Below, piece after piece: positions 1 to 9,574 of a stretch of 64,000 bases of DNA. Made by a program: the position numbers and the translations under genes. Within the stretch, counting starts at the first letter, position 1. Each line of letters starts with the position of its first letter. Source of the stretch: a virus; the IMG/VR virus record IMGVR_UViG_3300005077_000010, positions 27,660 through 91,659 of that record; one strand, given 5' to 3'. The notes under the pieces are model-generated. The model made no database searches, was not told the origin of the DNA, and saw nothing but the letters and a program-made list of their open reading frames with translations.

Positions 1-272
1 CATACATTAGATCCTTTTAATTGGTATGCCCCTTTTAAAAATTTGGGGGAGTGTTCAAAATTTACTTTTCCTCCTGCGTGTATAATCTCACAAGGGACAG
101 AAGGATAAGTACATGAAGGAATTGTTATTATTTTATTTTTAATATCGTCAAACATTAGAGATAAAAATAATGCGTTAGATGCGTTATCAACTACAATAAC
201 ATAAGGAGCTTTAGTATAATTACTAATAGCTGCCTCAAATAAATTAGTTACTTCATATAATGGATCAGACAT
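1..272 (-). CDS. DegT/DnrJ/EryC1/StrS-family PLP-dependent sugar aminotransferase (N-terminal part, runs off window)
   Basis: Not in the ORF track. Manual translation from ATG at 272: MSDPLYEVTNLFEAAISNYTKAPYVIVVDNASNALFLSL...ITIPSCTYPSVPCEIIHAGGKVNF. This matches the DegT N-terminal pattern (FE..IA.Y..A.Y.V.V...T.AL.L.L / IP..TY.SV...I..AG). Confidence 0.75.
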   Translation of the reverse strand, partial: MSDPLYEVTNLFEAAISNYTKAPYVIVVDNASNALFLSLMFDDIKNKIITIPSCTYPSVPCEIIHAGGKVNFEHSPKFLKGAYQLKGSNV

Positions 273-273
273 T

Positions 274-798
274 TTATTTAATAGCCTCTATAATAAGTTC
301 ATGGTTATATGGGCGACATTCTAAATTTTGTAGTTCTATATAGTTACTTTCATGCCACATTACAGTTTTATAAGAACTAAACCCGCAGTTAAGTAAAACA
401 TTAGTTAGTTCATTGTAATCATATACAAATTTGTGTCCCCAATTATGTAAGCCTTCATTGACCATTTGACACGGGGTTTTGGGGGTCCAATCAACATTTT
501 TCCACTGATTAATTTTTTTTGATATATATTGGTGTATTAAGAATTCTAAATCTGGCGTAGATAGTCTTAAAATACCTGACGGTTTTAATAAAATATTACA
601 CTGTGTTAAAAACTTAATACCTTGTAGAAGCGTTATGTGTTCTATAAAATGTTCTGTAAATATAAAAGAAATAGTAGAAGGTTTAAATGGCAAATTAGTT
701 TTTGTGATATCTAATTTTAAGTCACAAGGCGGATTTATATCGATGTTTATCCAGTTTTTTATATAATTTTTTCCACAACCAATATGTAAATTTTTCAT
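274..798 (-). CDS. SAM-dependent methyltransferase (class I)
   Basis: LHIGCG motif I, WINID, EHFIEH, LKPSGILRLSTPD. Confidence 0.85.
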   Translation of the reverse strand: MKNLHIGCGKNYIKNWINIDINPPCDLKLDITKTNLPFKPSTISFIFTEHFIEHITLLQGIKFLTQCNILLKPSGILRLSTPDLEFLIHQYISKKINQWKNVDWTPKTPCQMVNEGLHNWGHKFVYDYNELTNVLLNCGFSSYKTVMWHESNYIELQNLECRPYNHELIIEAIK

Positions 799-1493
799 GT
801 TACCCCTTTAAACTCTTGTAAATGTGAACACGTAATTTTGTTAATACATATACTTTTTAAATTATTTTTTGAAATATAACGATGCATTCTTCTCCAAAGG
901 TCATAATCAGCCGGTAGATTTTCAGAATCTCTAAGTCGCAATAGGATTGTTTTATAATTATAACATGTAGCTGAGTGAATTACATCCTCTGGTTTAGGTA
1001 TGTAATCAACGTATAATTGATTTTTATTTTTAATATTCGGTAAAACTCTAGAAGTTGTTTTATGTGTAGATTTAGTACATATAAAATCTGCCTTATATTT
1101 GTGTATTACGTCATTAATTAAAATTAAATGAGTCTTATCCCAAATATCATCATGATCTAAATGGCATATATATGTGTATCCTTCGTTTAATGCTTGGTTA
1201 ACTCCGGTGTTACATGCAGTTACACCCCCATTATTCCATTTATATCTTTTATTATCTTTATATTTTGTGCGTTCAACGGCTATTTTAAGATTTGTTGTAT
1301 ATAACTCAAATTTATTAAAATACGCGTGTGAAAATTGTTCAAACTCGTTGTTATTAGTATAACAATCCCCAATAAGAAAAACTTTAAATTCTTTATGTAT
1401 TTGATTATATACTGAATCTAACGTTTTAGTTAATAATTCAGGCGTTGCCCCATCTGCCCGTTGATAAGTAGCAATTACAATAGCAAATTTCAT
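795..1493 (-). CDS. Glycosyltransferase, GT2/GT-A fold
   Basis: N-terminal FAIVIATY, IGD, DxD-like LDHDDIW, C-terminal ADYDLW. Confidence 0.85.
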   Translation of the reverse strand: MKFAIVIATYQRADGATPELLTKTLDSVYNQIHKEFKVFLIGDCYTNNNEFEQFSHAYFNKFELYTTNLKIAVERTKYKDNKRYKWNNGGVTACNTGVNQALNEGYTYICHLDHDDIWDKTHLILINDVIHKYKADFICTKSTHKTTSRVLPNIKNKNQLYVDYIPKPEDVIHSATCYNYKTILLRLRDSENLPADYDLWRRMHRYISKNNLKSICINKITCSHLQEFKGVT

Positions 1494-2080
1494 GGGTTCT
1501 CCGTACTTAGCAATTTTTTTTCTAAATTAAGAAGATTTTTAGAACGATTTTTAATCTTTTTAGCAGGAATTCCTGCATAAATACCCCAATCTGATAAATT
1601 TTTTGTAACTAAAGATAAAGCCCCTACGGCAACGCCCACCCCAACTGTAATATTAGGAAATACCACACAATTAGAACCAAGTATAGCATGTTTTTTAATA
1701 ATAACTGGACCTTTAGTTACATTTAAATATTTTTTTGGTATTGTAGGGCCAGTAAGAAATTCTCCACTGTAATCATCTGATCTGCTATAAATTTTTCCGC
1801 CTTGTGATAGCGCACTGAACGCTTCAAATTCAATTCCGTCTCCTCCTGATAAAAAACAATAACCTCCTATGTGTATGTAAGAATGTAGATTAATCCACCC
1901 ATTATCTGGAGCAATTAAAGAACAAAAAGGATCAATACGTATATTATTTCCAATAGATATGTTTTCTATCCCTACTATATTACAATTTTTGGCTATTAAT
2001 ACATTTTTGCCCAATGATTTAAATGGTACTGAGTTTAAATCGTGTTCCGTATAATAGCCAACTGAAAAAATGTTATTCAT
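1490..2080 (-). CDS. Left-handed beta-helix NDP-aminosugar N-acyltransferase, VioB/AntD/QdtC-like
   Basis: FKSLGKNVLI...NISIGNNIRID, DDYSG, hexapeptide repeats, GALSLVTK, GIPAKKIKNR. Confidence 0.85.
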   Translation of the reverse strand: MNNIFSVGYYTEHDLNSVPFKSLGKNVLIAKNCNIVGIENISIGNNIRIDPFCSLIAPDNGWINLHSYIHIGGYCFLSGGDGIEFEAFSALSQGGKIYSRSDDYSGEFLTGPTIPKKYLNVTKGPVIIKKHAILGSNCVVFPNITVGVGVAVGALSLVTKNLSDWGIYAGIPAKKIKNRSKNLLNLEKKLLSTENP

Positions 2081-2999
2081 TTAATATCTCCTGTAACTTA
2101 CAAATAAACTCTTGACCACGAATATCTGCTGTATGATTATTATGTACTAAATTATAACCGTTATTGGATAATTCATTTAGTTTATTTTTATCATTTAGTG
2201 TACAGGCTAATTGTTCTTTAATAGGTTTATCTAATGTTAATTCTATCATATTAACATCATTTATAAAACCTAAATCTGTTAATTCTGGAATATAGGAGGA
2301 ACATAAAATAGAATTACACGCGGGAATTTCAAATGTTTTTAGCACTACGTAATTTAAAATAGAAGTACAACTAATAGAATAAATTGATTTATTTAAAAGT
2401 TGAGCATATTGAATTTCCATAGGCCAATTATGAATAGATGCTGTATAACCAGGGTGGGGAATGTATGTATAACCAGAATATCCGCTTAGTTCTATATATA
2501 CTTTATTTCTTAGTGGGTAATAAGGAGTGGTAATTGCCCCAGTTTGTAAAATTATAAACTCTTTTTTAAGTTTATAGTCTTTAAATATTGCTGTATCAAT
2601 ACAAAACGGATTCCATATAATTTTTAGTTTTTTAAAAATATAAGGGTGTAAAGATTTTAAAGGAGAATAATAAGTGGTTGCCCCAGCATTAAATCCGTAA
2701 GCTATATAAGTAGCTATAGCATTTTTAATATATTTTCCGTGTAAGTCATTTAAAAAAAATATTTTAGGTATATTTATTTTTTTCCACCCTATAAAGTTCA
2801 GTAAATATATATCAGTATAAACAAGATCGTAATTATTGTTTATATATGTGTAATTTTGTAACAATTCTGGCGGGTTGTTATCATTTTCAACAAAAATTGA
2901 GGTAACATCTGCAAACTTAGACACAGCCAACCTAAATCCTTTAAAATAATGATTTAAAATTCTATTTGTTTTATCTCGTGTTACCCATAAAATTCGCAT
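2073..2999 (-). CDS. GT-B glycosyltransferase, CgeB/Glyco_trans_1_2-like
   Basis: DLH, ID..IF, YPLR, KTFEIPAC, GYNLVHNNHT...R. Paralog of 4972..5979. Confidence 0.75.
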   Translation of the reverse strand: MRILWVTRDKTNRILNHYFKGFRLAVSKFADVTSIFVENDNNPPELLQNYTYINNNYDLVYTDIYLLNFIGWKKINIPKIFFLNDLHGKYIKNAIATYIAYGFNAGATTYYSPLKSLHPYIFKKLKIIWNPFCIDTAIFKDYKLKKEFIILQTGAITTPYYPLRNKVYIELSGYSGYTYIPHPGYTASIHNWPMEIQYAQLLNKSIYSISCTSILNYVVLKTFEIPACNSILCSSYIPELTDLGFINDVNMIELTLDKPIKEQLACTLNDKNKLNELSNNGYNLVHNNHTADIRGQEFICKLQEILNE

Positions 3000-3011
3000 T
3001 AGTAACTGTCC

Positions 3012-3899
3012 TTATTTTTTTAATACGCTAATTTTTTTTAGTGCTTTTTCTAGATACATAGTATTTGAGTAATTATATTTTAAATCTTTTGCAACTTCTG
3101 TTTGAAATTGTATTCTTTCTTTTATATGTGTAGCCCAATAATTAATTGTAGAACTTAACTCAATATTAGGTGCTATAATCATATGTTTATTAGGAATAAA
3201 AGGATTATATGAGTTATGTTTATTACACAACACTAATTTGTGTTTACAGGCGATTAGTAAGTAGTGCAACGGCGGAAATTTATAATTTTCATAAGCTTTA
3301 ATTATTAAATTTATTTTAGAATTTAGTATTAAGTTATCTCTTATTGCTCCATAAACATTTGTATAATTAACTATTTTAAGTTTACTAACTACAATTTGCC
3401 GGTATTCTGTCATTGTCCCAAATGTAAATACCGTGTTTTGTTTACTATTTGGATATATTATACTACTGGAGTTATTATTGCTATAGGCTTGTGACCAGCC
3501 TAGGGGGCAAGAAATTAAATTCTGTGTTCTATTTAATAACTTATTAGGTAAAAATGTATAAAATATGTAATCAAACTTAATTTCTACTTTACTAAGGCGC
3601 TTTAATATACTCGTTTGTTCTAATAATACTAAAATATTAATAGAAGACCTGTAGCGTTTTATATACATATGTTGAAATCTTTCATGATGTAGTAGTTTAA
3701 ACCGTCCTACAATAAAAAAATTTAAGTCGCTTACAGGTGGTAGTTTGGTGCTATCCATATCTATAATAAATACTGTATTAACAACGTTTATTCCTAGTTG
3801 TGTTAATGATTGTTTATAGGCTTGTGCTAATTCAATAAAAGTTAAAGCACTACCAAAAATAATAAGATTACATTTAATCATTTTTGTCATTACCGCCAA
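3012..3899 (-). CDS. Putative GT-B glycosyltransferase-like protein
   Basis: FGTMTEYR, YGAIRDNLILNSKINL and the C-terminal helix pattern resemble the GT-B C-domain. Cluster context supports this. Start uncertain. Confidence 0.5.
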   Translation of the reverse strand: MAVMTKMIKCNLIIFGSALTFIELAQAYKQSLTQLGINVVNTVFIIDMDSTKLPPVSDLNFFIVGRFKLLHHERFQHMYIKRYRSSINILVLLEQTSILKRLSKVEIKFDYIFYTFLPNKLLNRTQNLISCPLGWSQAYSNNNSSSIIYPNSKQNTVFTFGTMTEYRQIVVSKLKIVNYTNVYGAIRDNLILNSKINLIIKAYENYKFPPLHYLLIACKHKLVLCNKHNSYNPFIPNKHMIIAPNIELSSTINYWATHIKERIQFQTEVAKDLKYNYSNTMYLEKALKKISVLKK

Positions 3900-4956
3900 G
3901 TATTAATCTATTATTAATTAAGTGTACCGTTGTAGTTTTTATGCTGTTGTCTCTTTTTTTATGTTTTTTATTTCGCATAGGTAACGCATTATATTCGTCT
4001 TTTGTCCTCCATAAATCTAAGGATTTCTTCTTCTTTTTTGGAACGGTAGATAAAGGTATTATAGGTGGCTGGATAAGTAAAGGTACGGGCGGATAAACTT
4101 CTTTATTTTCATTACCGTTTTCGTTATCGTTTTCGTTATCATTATTATTATAATCATAGAACCAATAATTATTTTGTGATTGGGTATCTGTACAAAATAT
4201 TTGATTATTTTTATTTCCCCATGAATATATTAAATTATTATGATGCTCTTCCCAATTATCTTTAGTAAACGACTTAAAAAGTTTTAATTTTTTTAACACC
4301 TGTAACTCTTTCTTAGTTGTTTTTGGGTGAAATAAATGCCATATTTCTTCATTAATTTGATCTAAAGTATACCCATATGCTTTAAGCTTAAATACAAAAG
4401 CATTATCTTCTCCTCCCCAAGACGGGTAAAAGTCTTCAGGAACGCCGTTAATACTAAAAAATACCTCACGCTTAACAACTGTAATTCCTCCAGCTGCGGC
4501 GGATACTTTAGGAATAAAAACCTTTGTAACCTCTAAATTATTCAGGCTCTTAGTGACCATGTATTTTTTAGTAGCATCGTCTGATAAGTAATTAATTTTT
4601 TTCCACCCAAACGCACAATTTCCAGTATACTTTTTCAGCTTTTCTACCCAATCAGTAGAAATTATAATATCATTATCTATTAATATAATATAATTCCCAA
4701 TAGATAAATAACGTACCGCTAAGTTTAATACCCACGCTCTATGAAATTCTCCTTCAGATTTTATGTATAAATATTTAATATTATTATCATTTATTAAATC
4801 TAAAGACTCTAAATAACTTTTCGGTCCTGTTTCACATATGCATATTTCAGAATTAATATTTTTAGTTAAGTTTACTAGTTGGTCAATACAAAATAAAATA
4901 TAATCATAGTTTTTACGTAATTCATGATATTTATAAGGTATAATAAACGAATACAT
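3874..4956 (-). CDS. GT2/GT7-like glycosyltransferase with low-complexity C-terminal tail
   Basis: SFIIPY, FHRAWVLN, DNDI (DxD), INGVPEDFYPSWGGEDNAF (GT7-type WGGED), HLFHP. Confidence 0.85.
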   Translation of the reverse strand: MYSFIIPYKYHELRKNYDYILFCIDQLVNLTKNINSEICICETGPKSYLESLDLINDNNIKYLYIKSEGEFHRAWVLNLAVRYLSIGNYIILIDNDIIISTDWVEKLKKYTGNCAFGWKKINYLSDDATKKYMVTKSLNNLEVTKVFIPKVSAAAGGITVVKREVFFSINGVPEDFYPSWGGEDNAFVFKLKAYGYTLDQINEEIWHLFHPKTTKKELQVLKKLKLFKSFTKDNWEEHHNNLIYSWGNKNNQIFCTDTQSQNNYWFYDYNNNDNENDNENGNENKEVYPPVPLLIQPPIIPLSTVPKKKKKSLDLWRTKDEYNALPMRNKKHKKRDNSIKTTTVHLINNRLILGGNDKND

Positions 4957-4971
4957 TTTTAGTTGGTTATC

Positions 4972-5979
4972 CTATAAAGAATTTAAAAACTTTGTGAACC
5001 TTTCACATCTAATTTGCATTGTATGGTATTTATGTACCATATTAAATCCGTTTTTTGTTATTTCACTTATGTCTTTACGATTAAGTATTGTAGTAATTTG
5101 CGAATTTAAATTAGTATTATTGTAAATTACACACATAGTACTGTGATTAAATCCTAGTTCTTCTAATTCTGAAGTTAAATTACCAATTAATAAAGTATAA
5201 CTTGCAGGAATTTCAAAATACTTACTAACCGCATAGTTATACACACTTGAGGTGCTTATTGCTCCTATATAAGTATTAAGTAACTTAGAATATTCTTGTA
5301 ATCTGTAAGGAGTTTGTGCTTTGTTATCTATAAAATTATTATGGTAATGCGGTAACGTTGTTATTAATTTTGAATTTATTTTACTTATTTTAAGTAACTC
5401 GCACCGTAATGGATAATGTCCTTTATTTATTCGTCCAGATAATAGTACATTATTTGTTTTTTTATTATTCCAATTTTTAAAAATAGTAGGATCAATTGCT
5501 AAAGGTAACCATAATGAATGTTTAATATGACTATATACTAAGTTAGTTAATATTTGTTGTTGTGTGGCGTATTTATATGTATAAACAAGATAATTGTACT
5601 TATGAAGCACCAAAGATTTTTTACGCAGTTTACTGATTTTATTATTATGCACATCATTAATTAATGCTATTTTAGGTTTATTAATATCATGAAGATTAAT
5701 ATCAGGGTAAACTCCCAATGCGTCAGTAATTATGCAGTCATAAGTGCTAGAATGTAACAAGTCATTTATATTTTGTGTATCAGGTAGTTTATTTATGTTA
5801 TTGTTTATGTTTATTATATAATTACTTTCTAAAGTATACTGTTCTGGTTCGCGTAAAACTACATGTATATTATGCTGCTTTTTCATATACTTTAATAGTA
5901 AAGGATAATATTGAAATGCCCTATGTGGTCGATTTACCGATAGCCATATGATATTTAAGGAATTATTATCCGCTGCCAT
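4972..5979 (-). CDS. GT-B glycosyltransferase, CgeB/Glyco_trans_1_2-like
   Basis: DVH, IDPTIFK, YPLR, KYFEIPAS, GFNMVHKYHT...R. Confidence 0.75.
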   Translation of the reverse strand: MAADNNSLNIIWLSVNRPHRAFQYYPLLLKYMKKQHNIHVVLREPEQYTLESNYIININNNINKLPDTQNINDLLHSSTYDCIITDALGVYPDINLHDINKPKIALINDVHNNKISKLRKKSLVLHKYNYLVYTYKYATQQQILTNLVYSHIKHSLWLPLAIDPTIFKNWNNKKTNNVLLSGRINKGHYPLRCELLKISKINSKLITTLPHYHNNFIDNKAQTPYRLQEYSKLLNTYIGAISTSSVYNYAVSKYFEIPASYTLLIGNLTSELEELGFNHSTMCVIYNNTNLNSQITTILNRKDISEITKNGFNMVHKYHTMQIRCERFTKFLNSL

Positions 5980-6764
5980 TTATTATAATATCTCTCTTTA
6001 CTAATTGTTGTTATTTTTTTATCGTGCCGTATCTTACTATATTCTTTAGAATTATGCCCTGTATTAACTGCTTTAAGTCCTTTAACAGCTAACATCGCAA
6101 TTTTCCAGTTGTTATGTACCATCTGCGCGCAAAAATCCATATCTCCCCATCCTATATAATATTCAGGATCTAAATTACATGTTTTAAATACTTCCTTTCG
6201 TACACACATTGTTGCTGATCCTATAGCTTTGACATCTTCTATAATTTTTTGTGGAGAACGGTGAACTAACATATTGTTTTGTTCTTCCCACACAGCCGTC
6301 CAAGGATCTAACCATAATCCTACTGCACCTATTGTTGGATTATCTACTAATATAGAAATTAAACTTTCAATACCATAACGCGGCATATGAATATCATCGT
6401 CTAATGTTAAAATAAATTCACTATCAAAATGATTTAATGCTCTATTAACTACATCGTGGCGCGGAATACCTGAACCGTGATTTTTATAAGTAAATTGCAC
6501 ATCATAATTTTTATAACCCCTATGTAGAAGTTCTAAAACTTTTAGTTGGTATTCTAATGGCATTTGATCAACCGCTTGTACTCTTAAGCAGATATTAATA
6601 GGGATACAGGCTGTTTTAGCATTAATTTTTAGTGTACTAAATAAATCTTTATACCTAAAAAGAGATAATGTGGCTAATGTTACTATTGGAGGATTATTAA
6701 TTATGTTAACTATTGTTTGTTTATTTAATACTCCTTCGCTATTAGCAATGATAACATCTAGCAT
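5955..6764 (-). CDS. Glycosyltransferase, GT2 family
   Basis: NHGSGIPR, ILTLDDDI, ATMCVRKEVF, IGWGDMDF. Confidence 0.8.
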   Translation of the reverse strand: MLDVIIANSEGVLNKQTIVNIINNPPIVTLATLSLFRYKDLFSTLKINAKTACIPINICLRVQAVDQMPLEYQLKVLELLHRGYKNYDVQFTYKNHGSGIPRHDVVNRALNHFDSEFILTLDDDIHMPRYGIESLISILVDNPTIGAVGLWLDPWTAVWEEQNNMLVHRSPQKIIEDVKAIGSATMCVRKEVFKTCNLDPEYYIGWGDMDFCAQMVHNNWKIAMLAVKGLKAVNTGHNSKEYSKIRHDKKITTISKERYYNKWQRIIIP

Positions 6765-7381
6765 TATTTTACTCCTCTGTAATTTAAATGTTCTAATATT
6801 AAATTATACAATATATAATCCTGTTTATTATAAGAACGTATAATTTCTTTATCACTATCCGATACTTTTTGTTTATTTATTCCTATATTATAATTAGGAT
6901 AAGAAGTCGGTAAAGATAAATTAAATACGTCCTGAAATCTTTTTAAAGAATCTGTATAAAATTCTTGAACTCCTATAAATGTGTATTTTGAAATATCATT
7001 TCCCATATACGTTGTCATTTGATTCGGGATTATGCGGGCAAATTCAGTAATACCTATTTTATTTTTAAACTTTTTTATTTGTGACGGCCCTATATTAACA
7101 TATTTTGTGTTTTCTGTGTAAAAAGCCCAAAAATAATGAGAAATTACTCGCTCAATGGGATCTCGTACCCATGTAATAAAAGACCGCGCACCTAACCCGC
7201 ATTTTATAGCTTTATCATAACTAAAATGCCCCAAAATAACATTAAATTGAGCAATTTGTTTATTCTTAGGTATTCCTTGAATATAGTGTTCTTGATATAT
7301 ATTTTTTATTAGTTTATGAAAGGTTCCACCCCCCGTTTTTGGTATATGAATAAAAACAAATTGTGGTAACGTTTTAGTCAT
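6764..7381 (-). CDS. Sulfotransferase (Sulfotransfer_2 / carbohydrate sulfotransferase-like)
   Basis: 5'-PSB loop FIHIPKTGGGTF, GHF, 3'-PB motif RDPIERVISHY, N..DY.LY. Start moved to ATG 7381 (TAATG overlap with the upstream gene, AGAGGA RBS). Confidence 0.85.
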   Translation of the reverse strand: MTKTLPQFVFIHIPKTGGGTFHKLIKNIYQEHYIQGIPKNKQIAQFNVILGHFSYDKAIKCGLGARSFITWVRDPIERVISHYFWAFYTENTKYVNIGPSQIKKFKNKIGITEFARIIPNQMTTYMGNDISKYTFIGVQEFYTDSLKRFQDVFNLSLPTSYPNYNIGINKQKVSDSDKEIIRSYNKQDYILYNLILEHLNYRGVK

Positions 7382-7947
7382 TATATATCCTCTGGTTTTC
7401 CAAACGATTTTTGCTGTGTTTGTGCCATTATATTGGTTAACCATCTTATTTTACTGCGGTCTAATTCGGATACTACACCTTCTAAAAAATCAAAATCTCC
7501 AGATACTCCTGTAGCACATAAATTAATATATTTTTTATATAATTCTGTTTTAACACAATAATTAAATGACCCAATTAAAAATTTTACAGGTTGGTCATTC
7601 CATCTAGTGTCAATAGGAGGAAGTACAAAATCAATTTCAGTAAAATATCCTCTCCAAATGATTAGTTCAGGAGAAAAAAACTTATCAACATTTTTAATTG
7701 TTTTAATAAAGCTTTTGTTAGTAATCATATCGTCATCGTCTAAAACTAATACAAATTTACCATTAATATATTCTTTATACTTATTTAAAGCCTTGTCTGC
7801 TGCGGCTAAACCATGCCCTACTTTGTCTACTATAAATATTTGTTCATAATCTGGATCTGTTTGTATTTTTAAAGATCGTATATTATTTTGTAGACATTTT
7901 GGTTTTTTATAACATCTAGTTACTACTGTTAGAAATGGAGAACTCAT
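7381..7947 (-). CDS. Glycosyltransferase, GT2-like (short)
   Basis: LTVVTR, QTDPDYEQIFIVD, LVLDDDD, GDFDFL. Confidence 0.75.
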   Translation of the reverse strand: MSSPFLTVVTRCYKKPKCLQNNIRSLKIQTDPDYEQIFIVDKVGHGLAAADKALNKYKEYINGKFVLVLDDDDMITNKSFIKTIKNVDKFFSPELIIWRGYFTEIDFVLPPIDTRWNDQPVKFLIGSFNYCVKTELYKKYINLCATGVSGDFDFLEGVVSELDRSKIRWLTNIMAQTQQKSFGKPEDI

Positions 7948-8543
7948 TCTTTTTGTCCTTTATCTTTCGTTTTATAATAATCAAAAATACTTTGCTCAAT
8001 TATATATTTCCTTGTTCCCATATCTGTATCAAGTATATAAACAGTATTATCAAAAGTCATATGTCCATCCATCTCAAATAACAATCCTTTTACTATATAA
8101 AATACTCTTAACTGCTCACAAATATCAGATGGAGACAATAAATCTTGCTGTACGTCAAATAAAGGATTTATACAAAAAATAATATCATAAGTTTTACGTG
8201 CATGAATTGTTGCTTTATGTTGGTAGTGTAAAACTTCAGTAGTATCTAAATTATTATTAAACGCTAGTAAATAACCTAAATTATCTAGTGTTGATCTATC
8301 TGATACAAATCCTTTACTCTTATGTTTAGTTTCCCAATATGTTTTATGATTTAATAACTCTTTTTGAAAATTAAAATTATCTTTTCTTGCATTTATTAAA
8401 CTTCCATCATATTGATCATTAATTAGTCTACGTGTTTGGTTTAAATAAGAATATTCATAATTATACTTCTTAATTACCCATTCTGCAAGCGTCGTTTTTC
8501 CACTACAATTTCCACCAACAAATACAATATTAGGTTTTCGCAT
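7944..8543 (-). CDS. P-loop kinase/ATPase (NadR/AAA_28 or thymidylate-kinase-like)
   Basis: Walker A GGNCSGKTT, FVSDRSTLD, YDIIF. Confidence 0.75.
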   Translation of the reverse strand: MRKPNIVFVGGNCSGKTTLAEWVIKKYNYEYSYLNQTRRLINDQYDGSLINARKDNFNFQKELLNHKTYWETKHKSKGFVSDRSTLDNLGYLLAFNNNLDTTEVLHYQHKATIHARKTYDIIFCINPLFDVQQDLLSPSDICEQLRVFYIVKGLLFEMDGHMTFDNTVYILDTDMGTRKYIIEQSIFDYYKTKDKGQKE

Positions 8544-8544
8544 A

Positions 8545-9570
8545 CTATTCCCCTTTTAAATTAAGTAGTTTAAGTAACCCAATCTTAAGATAATTTAAAA
8601 GATCTTCGTATTCTTCTACCGCTTCTTGTTTAAAATTACGCTTGTCTTGATCTAAATTTAAAGGACCATATTTAAATTGTCCTCTTTTGTACTTTAAAAG
8701 ACATTGCTCATCAATATGTTTTAAAGCCTGTTCTATTTGTGACTCTTCCATATCAGCACTAAATAACTGACGTTTATAACAAGTAGTATTAAATCCTGCT
8801 GCCGCTTTATGTCCTCCACCACCCATTTTAGATGCTGTTTCAGATACATCTACTATACCATCAGACCGTAAAGAATATTCTGTAATATTATCTTTATCAT
8901 AATATATTAAACCCTGGCCGTAATCAGTTGCTAATCTATTTCCTAATTCTGATTGCCACACAGGAGAATTAATAGCTTTAACCTTTTTATTATTAATCGA
9001 AATTTCTGTGGTATTATTATTTATGATATTATTAATTTTTCTGTCTACATACTTTTTAATTATAGTTCCTTGTTTAATTAACGTTTCAATTCCTTTATCT
9101 CCTAATTTAAATAGTCGATCAAATTCAGGAAATATACGAGGATAAGAGTCTAAAGCATAATAAACTTCATCAGTATTAGCAAGTATTTTTTTCCACAAAT
9201 CTATATCATCAATATATTCGTATAATAGAGGAGCTTTAACCCAAAAAAAGTGTTTCCATGTAGCTAAAGAAGCAGACATATTAGGATTATAATGAAAGTA
9301 AGAAAGATCACCTAATTTACGGTAGGCTGTTATATGATGGTCAATGATTAAAAGATTTTGTGCCAGTTCTTTTATCTTTAAAGTAGTAGCCAAATCAAAA
9401 GAAAAATCTAAGATGTAAACATTTTTATTTTTAACTAAGTCTAAATCAAGTTCTTTATCGTGGGTAAAAGGATAATAGTCTACTGCCCACTCATATTGCC
9501 TCCATATACAAAAAGCCGCCGCAAAACCGTCCCAATCATCATGGTAAATACAAATATCATGATTTTCCAT
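8545..9570 (-). CDS. DHH/DHHA1 phosphoesterase with extra C-terminal helical domain
   Basis: IYHDDWDG, LDFS, IIDHH, YSLRS, GGGGHKAAAGF. C-terminal extension G..KYG...EAVEEYEDLLNY. Confidence 0.85.
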   Translation of the reverse strand: MENHDICIYHDDWDGFAAAFCIWRQYEWAVDYYPFTHDKELDLDLVKNKNVYILDFSFDLATTLKIKELAQNLLIIDHHITAYRKLGDLSYFHYNPNMSASLATWKHFFWVKAPLLYEYIDDIDLWKKILANTDEVYYALDSYPRIFPEFDRLFKLGDKGIETLIKQGTIIKKYVDRKINNIINNNTTEISINNKKVKAINSPVWQSELGNRLATDYGQGLIYYDKDNITEYSLRSDGIVDVSETASKMGGGGHKAAAGFNTTCYKRQLFSADMEESQIEQALKHIDEQCLLKYKRGQFKYGPLNLDQDKRNFKQEAVEEYEDLLNYLKIGLLKLLNLKGE

Positions 9571-9574
9571 ATTA

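Noticed and set aside
4105-4155. Short tandem repeat encoding NNNNDNENDNENGNEN
   Set aside because: In-frame low-complexity linker with no sign of phase variation.
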